From an uncultured Chloroflexia bacterium (GTDB taxonomy: Bacteria > Chloroflexota > Limnocylindria > Limnocylindrales > CSP1-4): a stretch of DNA of 64,000 nucleotides. Numbering within the stretch: position 1 is the stretch's first letter; the number at the start of each line of letters is the position of its first letter. Of the stretch, positions 58,173 to 64,000 are shown one piece after another. The DNA lies in NCBI GenBank assembly GCA_963768655.1, contig CAVYIM010000004.1, positions 767,784-831,783 on the forward strand, written 5' to 3'. A program made the translations under genes and the position numbers. Below the pieces are notes generated by a model, which was not told where the DNA came from, did no database searches, and saw only the letters and a list, made by a program, of their open reading frames with translations.

Positions 58173-60154
58173 TTATTTGCCTTCTGGAAGTTGAGGCAGC
58201 AAAGATTTAAGATTCTCTCCCCTATGTTTGGGACAATACTCAATCGGTTGAGTCCCGGCCACAAAGAATTCTTCCTGTTTTATTGGACAGTCCGGAGCCG
58301 CTAAATAGCCAGTGGTGGGATCAATCAAGGCCGATACGACTGTATCCGGCTTAGGGAAGTCCATAACCGGTTTGTCGGCCAAAACCGAGCGCATAAACCG
58401 GGCCCAGATGGGTGCACAGATTGCCCCTCCGGTAAACCCTTTTCCTCCGGGTCCGGGTTTGTCATATCCCACCCAAACACCCGCTATGACCTGGGGAGTA
58501 TAACCGATAAACCAGGCATCCCGATAATCATCGGTGGTGCCTGTCTTGCCGGCGGCCGGTCGTTCTTGGCTGAAGCTGTTGATGGATTTGGCCGTTCCAT
58601 AAATCAGCACATCCTTAAGCATCTGAGTCATAATAAAGGCGATGGCCGGAGAAAGGACGGGATTAACAGCCGGTGGATTTTCAATCCAGGCATTATGGTT
58701 TTTATCAAAAATACGGACAATCGTTCTGGCCTCAGGATGTAAACCCCCGTTGGCCAGAGGAGTGTAAGCCAATACCAGATCATTTAAAGTCACTTCTTCG
58801 GTTCCCAAGGCTAAGGAGAGGTCATTGGGGGAACGTAAAGAAAGGCCCAGAGTCCCGGCAAAGTTAACGAAATAAGGGACCCCGATGTTCTCCAGCAATT
58901 TAACCGTGATGATATTGTTGGAATAAGCCAGGGCCTGCCGCAGGGAAAGCGTTCCATAGAGCTTTCTTTCATAGTTCAGGGGTTTCCAAATTTCATTATT
59001 GCCTCGGTTATAACCCACCGGTGTATCATTCCACAGAGAGCTGGGAAGAATCCCTTTATCCAGGGCGGCGGCATAGATGATGGGTTTAATGGCCGAGCCG
59101 GGCTGCCGCTTGGCCAAGAAGGCACGATTGTAGGGATTCTGTTTAAAATCGACCCCACCGACGGCCGCCAGGACATCCCCTGTATTGGGATCCAAACATA
59201 TCAAAGCACCCTGCAGCCCTGAGGAAATTTTTCTGACCCCTTCGCTCAAGACCTTTTCAGCCAGCCTTTGCATGGGCAGATCCATGGAAGTGGTAACTTC
59301 CAAACCGCCTTGTTCGATGATCTCCGGCCCATATCTTTCGATTAACTTGTTCCGAACATGGCCCAGATAATAGGGGCTTCCCCGGGTTTTATAACCGAAA
59401 TAGGACGGCTCCTTAAATGGTCTCCCTGGTGCGGCGAGATCATCTTGAGTTCCACCATGCGTTGAATAACCAAATTTCTCCGGTCCCGGATCTTGGCCGA
59501 TTCGGCTAAGGGATTAAACTTTGATGGGGCTTTGGGAACCCCGGCCAGCAAGGCGCATTCGGCCTCGTTTAATTCCTCCGGATTTTTATCAAAATAGAGT
59601 TGAGCGGCCTGGGCAAGACCCCAAGCCCCATTTCCAAAAAAAACCTCATTGAAGTACATTTCCAAAATCTGAGGCTTGGTGTATTTACGTTCATATTCCA
59701 AAGCCAGGAGACTTTCCTTGACCTTCCGCTGGAAGGTTTTCTCCCCGGAAAGGAGCCTATTTTTAATCAACTGCTGGGTGATGGTCGAACCCCCTTGGGC
59801 TATTTTTCCTTTAACCACATTTTTAACCAACGCCCTGGCAATCCCTCGAATGTCAATCCCTTTATGTTCGTAAAAACGGGCGTCTTCAATAGCTACCAGG
59901 GCCTTTTGCAGGAAAGTGGGAATCCGGTCGATGGGAACCCAGTATCTTTTTTCCGGAAGGATCCGGCCCACAAACCTTCCCTGGTTGTCAAAGATTTTGA
60001 TGGTGATATAACGGGGCGGCAGAGGGGGAAAGTTGGCCGTTTTTTCCTGGGCCCAGGTTAAAGATCCGGAGGCGACAATAAAAAACGAAAACATCAAGGC
60101 GAAAAAAAACCATTTTTTAAAAATAGCCATAACCTTGGCGAAAAAAGCGACCAC
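58173..60154 (-). CDS. Class A penicillin-binding protein (PBP1A-like), frameshift near 59360
   Basis: Transglycosylase EDARFYEH.GID, GGSTITQQL, RKVKE; transpeptidase RQPGSAIKP, SNN, GKTGTT. Confidence 0.92.
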
Positions 60155-60207
60155 GCCTTCCTAAGTAAAATGGATTTAATTTGAAATAAAAAATTATAAC
60201 AAATTTC

Positions 60208-60236
60208 TTGACAAAACAACTAAAAAAAAATAGCTT
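60208..60236 (+). promoter_or_regulatory. Sigma70 promoter of the tRNA pair
   Basis: TTGACA-17 bp-TAGCTT. Confidence 0.75.
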
Positions 60237-60249
60237 TATTTCTTTTGTT

Positions 60250-60325
60250 GGGCCGTTAACTCAGGCGGTAGAGTATCTGCCTTTTAAGCAGAGAGTCGCT
60301 GGTTCGAGTCCAGCACGGCCCACCA
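60250..60325 (+). tRNA. tRNA-Lys(UUU)
   Basis: GGGCCGT/ACGGCCC acceptor stem, anticodon arm TCTGC-CT TTT AA-GCAGA, GGTTCGAGTCC, ACCA end. Confidence 0.97.
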
Positions 60326-60330
60326 TGCGC

Positions 60331-60408
60331 GTCCCCATCGTCTAGCCTGGCCCAGGACACCGGCCTTTCACGCCGGCAACACGAGTTCAAATCTCGTTGG
60401 GGACGCCA
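60331..60408 (+). tRNA. tRNA-Glu(UUC)
   Basis: GTCCCCA/TGGGGAC acceptor stem, CCGGC-CT TTC AC-GCCGG, GTTCAAATC, GCCA end. Confidence 0.97.
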
Positions 60409-60419
60409 AAGTATATCGT

Positions 60420-60453
60420 AGGATTAGTCGATTTAGCTAACCCTTTATTTTTT
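60420..60453 (+). terminator. Intrinsic terminator after the tRNAs
   Basis: GGATTAG...CTAACCC stem followed by a T-tract. Confidence 0.6.
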
Positions 60454-60480
60454 CCCGGTGACCAAAAAAAGTACTTATTA

Positions 60481-60693
60481 ACAGGTTGCTGAAAAAGGCC
60501 CATCTATCCCGCCAACGGCGGGATTGCCCTCATCCTTCCCCGCCTTTCGACGGGGCAGGCTTATTACGACGTACTTCTGTGTATTCCTCATTCTTCAGAA
60601 TTTCTTCGCGTAAAAGCAACGCTCAGTCCCACCCCTTCGTGGCGGGTTCCCGGTTTAGGGCGCCTTGTATCTGAACCTTTTTGAGCAACTTGT
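60481..60693. mobile_element. MITE-like element with 18-bp TIRs and internal palindromes
   Basis: ACAGGTTGCTGAAAAAGG ... CCTTTTTGAGCAACTTGT (16/18 match); internal ATCCCGCCAACGGCGGGAT. Confidence 0.75.
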
Positions 60694-60728
60694 AAAAATG
60701 AGTTTTCCCGCAAACCTATTAATTCAAC

Positions 60729-61892
60729 CTATGCTCTTTTAAGGATAGTAAAAACCGCATTGGGACCGGCGCCGCTGCTATGGCAAATGCCGATCCGGGC
60801 TCCTTCAACCTGCCGCGGCCCGGCTGTCTCCCGCAATTGTGTGATAACCTCGGCGATCTGCCGGGCCCCCGTGGCTCCCAGAGGGTGTCCGCACCCGACC
60901 AAGCCTCCGTCGGTGTTGGCCGGAAGCTTCCCGTCGATGTCAAAGTAGCCTTCCTTAAGCAGGCGCGGCGACTCGCCGGGTTGGCAGAAACCCATGTCCT
61001 CAATGTCCGTAAGAAAGGCCGGCGCCATCGCTTCATAGACTTGAATAAGGTCCATATCCTCCGGCCCGTAGCCGGAGATTTCCCAGGCCTGTCTCACGCC
61101 CTCTTTGACCAGGTTGGCGGTCGCCTTGAACTTTACGCTCCCCTCCCCGTAAATTCCGGTGGTGTGCACCGAGGCCGCCACCTCGATCTTTTTGGTCCGG
61201 GAAATGCTGGATTTGAGTTTGTCCCCGCTGCAAAGGATGATGGCCACCGCTCCATCCACCATGGCTGCGGCGTGCATCAGGCGCACCGGAGCAGCCACGA
61301 CGCGGGAATTGATGACATCTTCGACAGTCACCTCTCCGCCCTGATACCACCGGGCATACGGGTCCTGATTGGCGTTCTTGCGCTCCAGCACCACTACCCT
61401 GGCCAAATCTTCCTCCGTGGCCCCGTAGTTTTCCATATAGCGCACAACCCCCTGGGCATAGTTGGCCGGCTGAACGTTGAACCCCAGCGCCAGTTCCCAG
61501 GGTTTGAAGGCGGTGCTGGCCAGCAGGCCGCGGCCCATTTTTTCAAAACCCAAAACAGCTACCACATCATAAATTTCGGTCGCCACCATCAGATAGGCAA
61601 GCCGAAAGGCAGCCGAAGAACTGGAGCAGGCCTGCCCCATATTGATGATCGGGATGCCGGTAAGCCCACCTCGGCAATCACCTGATGGCCCTTTCCGGTT
61701 CCGGCATAGACGTTTCCGCAAAACGCCGCCTGGATATCCTTCCATTCCATCTCAGATTCATCCAGGCAGATTAAAAGGGCCTGACTGGCGAAGTCATAGT
61801 ATTCCTGGTCTTCATAGCGCTGAAAGCGGACCCGGCCCAGTCCTCCAATATATACCTTCCGCCATGGCTCTTAATTCGTTTATGGATTTCAT
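60729..61892 (-). CDS. Thiolase family protein (SCP-x type), with frameshifts near the 5' end
   Basis: GLTGIPIINM.QACSSSS, LGFEKM, DGAVA, NTDGGL..CGHPLGATGARQ; N-terminus MRKVYIGG.. split across frames. Confidence 0.88.
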
Positions 61893-61911
61893 TGGCGTAA
61901 GCTCCTCTCTC

Positions 61912-62340
61912 CTATTCCTGTACCGGCCTGAATTTATGGGCCAGGACTTTGTTACCCTCTTCATCGACCCCGAGTTCTTCAATCACCAATTCCACGGGCA
62001 TGCCGATATGCAGTTTATTGAAATCGCATCCCGTAAACAGGGCTTGGACCCTTACGTTCGGCAGATTGATCCAGCCGTAAGCGTAGGGGGCCTACCCAGG
62101 AAGAATTTCGCGGGTTGCTGCATGATGACGCTGAAGCTGTGGATTTTCCCCTGGCGGTCAAGTTTCACGTCTTTCAGGCCCCGATGGCCGCAGCGAATGC
62201 ATACCCCTCTTTCTTTTGGGGAAGAACACCTCTCCGCAGGCGGTACACTCGCTTCCGATCAATTGCGGCTTCTCATCAGGAGAGGCTGGGGTGGTCCACA
62301 ATCCCTCCCGGACTGGTATGGTTTTTTGAACATCAGTCAT
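61912..62340 (-). CDS. DUF35 Zn-ribbon/OB-fold protein (thiolase partner), frameshift near 62200
   Basis: LIGSECTACGEVFFPKR; downstream frame GKIHSFSVIMQQP...PPYAYG...LFTGCDF..L.IGMPVELVIE. Confidence 0.85.
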
Positions 62341-62474
62341 CTGTTATGATTCTCCTTCCTTAATATGTGATACCTTCAAAGCCAAATGATGTTGTTGGTA
62401 TTTGGCAGCAGGTTCGACGGTATAAGGTTTAAGGTTTCCTCGGAACCGTAAACCTTGGACCTTGAACCTTTCTT

Positions 62475-63639
62475 TTACGCAAACGCCCTCATCCCCAGGG
62501 TTTCACGGCCCACGATCAACTGTTGGATCTGAGTGGTCCCATCAGGAATCGTATAACAGCGGGCGTCCCTGAAGTAGCGCTCCACAGGATATTCTTCCGA
62601 AAGTCCGTAGGCCCCGTGAATTCGAATGGCCTTGGAGGTTACCCTGACCGCAGCCTCGGTACAAAAGGCCTTGGCTAATGAGCATTCCTTATAGCAGCGG
62701 ACCCCTTCGCCCAATAAAAAAGAAGGCCCGATAGGCCAGAAATCTTCCGGCATCGATATCGGCCATCATATCGGCGATCATGGCTTGGATCAACTGAAAC
62801 TGGCCGATGGGTTTGCCGAACTGGGTCCGTTCCTTGGCGTAGCGAATCGAGGCATCCAGGGAGGCCTGGGCCACACCGACCGCTGATATGGAGGCATTGG
62901 CTCTGGCGAGTTTCAATGAATCGAAGGGCTCACCCGTACTGTTTTCTTTGGGTCTTAGAAGATTTTCTTTGGGAACTCGGCAGTCTTCAAAGATAAGCTC
63001 GGCCGTAGGAAAGGATTTGACCCCTAATTTATGGATCTCCCGGGAGGTAAAGGGAGATTGGGCCTTTTCTACGAGGATCTGTGCCGGACGTTGTTTGCCG
63101 GAGGAGGGATCGGCAATCTTCAGTGTCACAACGACATAATCGGCAATCGTTCCATTGGATATCCACATTTTTGTTCCATTGATCACATACTGGTCTCCAT
63201 CCAAGACGGCCTTGGTCTCTATTGTGGCCGCGTCCGAGCCCACGTTGGGTTCGGTAATGGCGCTGCAGATAATGGTGTCTCCATTTAAAAGACCCGGAAG
63301 GATCCTTTTTTTCAATTCCAGGTTTCCCGAATTGGCGATCCGGCCGGCCGAGGCGGAGGTGATACCCACTATGCCCCCCAGCGAAGCATAACCACGTCGG
63401 AGTTCTTCAAAAAGGATCGGCCATTCCATATGGGTCAAGCCCGGCCCTCCGTCTTCCTCGGACACCAGGGTGCCCACGTATCCAAACTCCTTGAGGTCTT
63501 TGAGGAAGCGATGGGCATCCTCCTTGCTCATCGGGCCTTTGCGGTCATATTCATCGGCGATAGGCACGATCTTTTCATTGATGTACCGCCTGACGGTTTC
63601 CTGTAACATCTTCTGTTCATCAGTAAAATCAAAATTCAT
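62475..63639 (-). CDS. Acyl-CoA dehydrogenase, frameshift near 62715
   Basis: AITEPNVGSD, INGTKMWISNG, RTQFGKPIGQFQ, IHGAYG, YFRDAR..TIPDGTTQIQ. Confidence 0.93.
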
Positions 63640-63780
63640 TGTTTTTCTCCTTTTTAGAATAGGCCATTAGGCTAAAAGACCAAAGGTAAGTCAAATGCAT
63701 TCCCTTAACGTCCTTCGTCATTCAGCCTGCATTTCTGTATTGCCATTCAGTCTAATACCCGTCAGTCTTCAGTCTGCCTT

Positions 63781-64000
63781 TTAATTAATTTTTCTTCCCT
63801 TTCCTTTCCAGTAAGGTTCTTTAAGGTCTTTTCTGAGGATCTTGCCGTTCTGATTTTTCGGAAGCTCCTCGATAAAATCCACCGAGGTCGGTTTCTTATA
63901 ACCGGCCAGATGTTTCTTGCTGAATTCGATGATCTCTTCTTCTGTGGCAATCATTCCCTTTTTCAAAGAGACGGCGGCCTTGACCGTCTCACCCCATTTT
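63781..64000 (-). CDS. Acyl-CoA synthetase (AMP-binding), C-terminal part (runs off the window end)
   Basis: KWGETVKAAV, LAGYKKP.SVDF.EELPKN.NGKILRKDL. Confidence 0.88.
   Translation of the reverse strand, partial: KWGETVKAAVSLKKGMIATEEEIIEFSKKHLAGYKKPTSVDFIEELPKNQNGKILRKDLKEPYWKGKGRKIN

Noticed and set aside
28014-63639. Frameshifts in alkA, aceE, the metallophosphoesterase, ParB-like, amidase, PBP, thiolase, DUF35 and acyl-CoA dehydrogenase genes as programmed frameshifting or pseudogenisation
   Set aside because: They hit unrelated housekeeping genes in both organisms, several lie at homopolymers, and there is no other decay. Sequencing indel errors are the simplest explanation.
55950-64000. 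AT-richer region as a genomic island or prophage
   Set aside because: It has core genes and tRNAs, no integrase or att sites, and cuts a gene mid-frame, consistent with contig concatenation.

Overview
The window joins DNA from two unrelated organisms at about 55,950. Part A (1-~55,950) is very GC-rich, with gene content and style suggesting a high-GC Chloroflexota, possibly Limnocylindria (inference). It carries ppk1 and ppk2, an XRE-regulated ABC exporter, a catalytically dead ATP-dependent ligase-like gene, and a nitrogen cluster: argH, two tandem amt paralogs, argCJBRG, a GAF histidine kinase and an OmpR-type regulator. It also has trxB, an F420 cluster (cofCDE, two LLMs, one PPOX enzyme) split by a ~1,940-aa repetitive surface protein gene, an EAL phosphodiesterase, deoD, aceE, a ParB-like/metallophosphoesterase pair and transporters. 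Part B (~55,950-64,000) is much more AT-rich and resembles Desulfobacterota/deltaproteobacteria: amidase, class A PBP, tRNA-Lys and tRNA-Glu, MITE/REP elements and a thiolase/DUF35/acyl-CoA dehydrogenase/ligase operon. Many single-base frameshifts in both parts suggest sequencing indel errors. The best discovery candidate is an apparent nitrogen regulon. One promoter architecture (CGTCCYGAACG, five pentamers at exact 11-bp spacing, CTGATT-N17-TANNCT) occurs three times: before amt1, before amt2 and before an unannotated 27-aa single-helix membrane peptide. It lies next to a soluble two-component system whose GAF domain resembles the EI-Ntr (PtsP) sensor, and no PII/glnK gene is present in the window.
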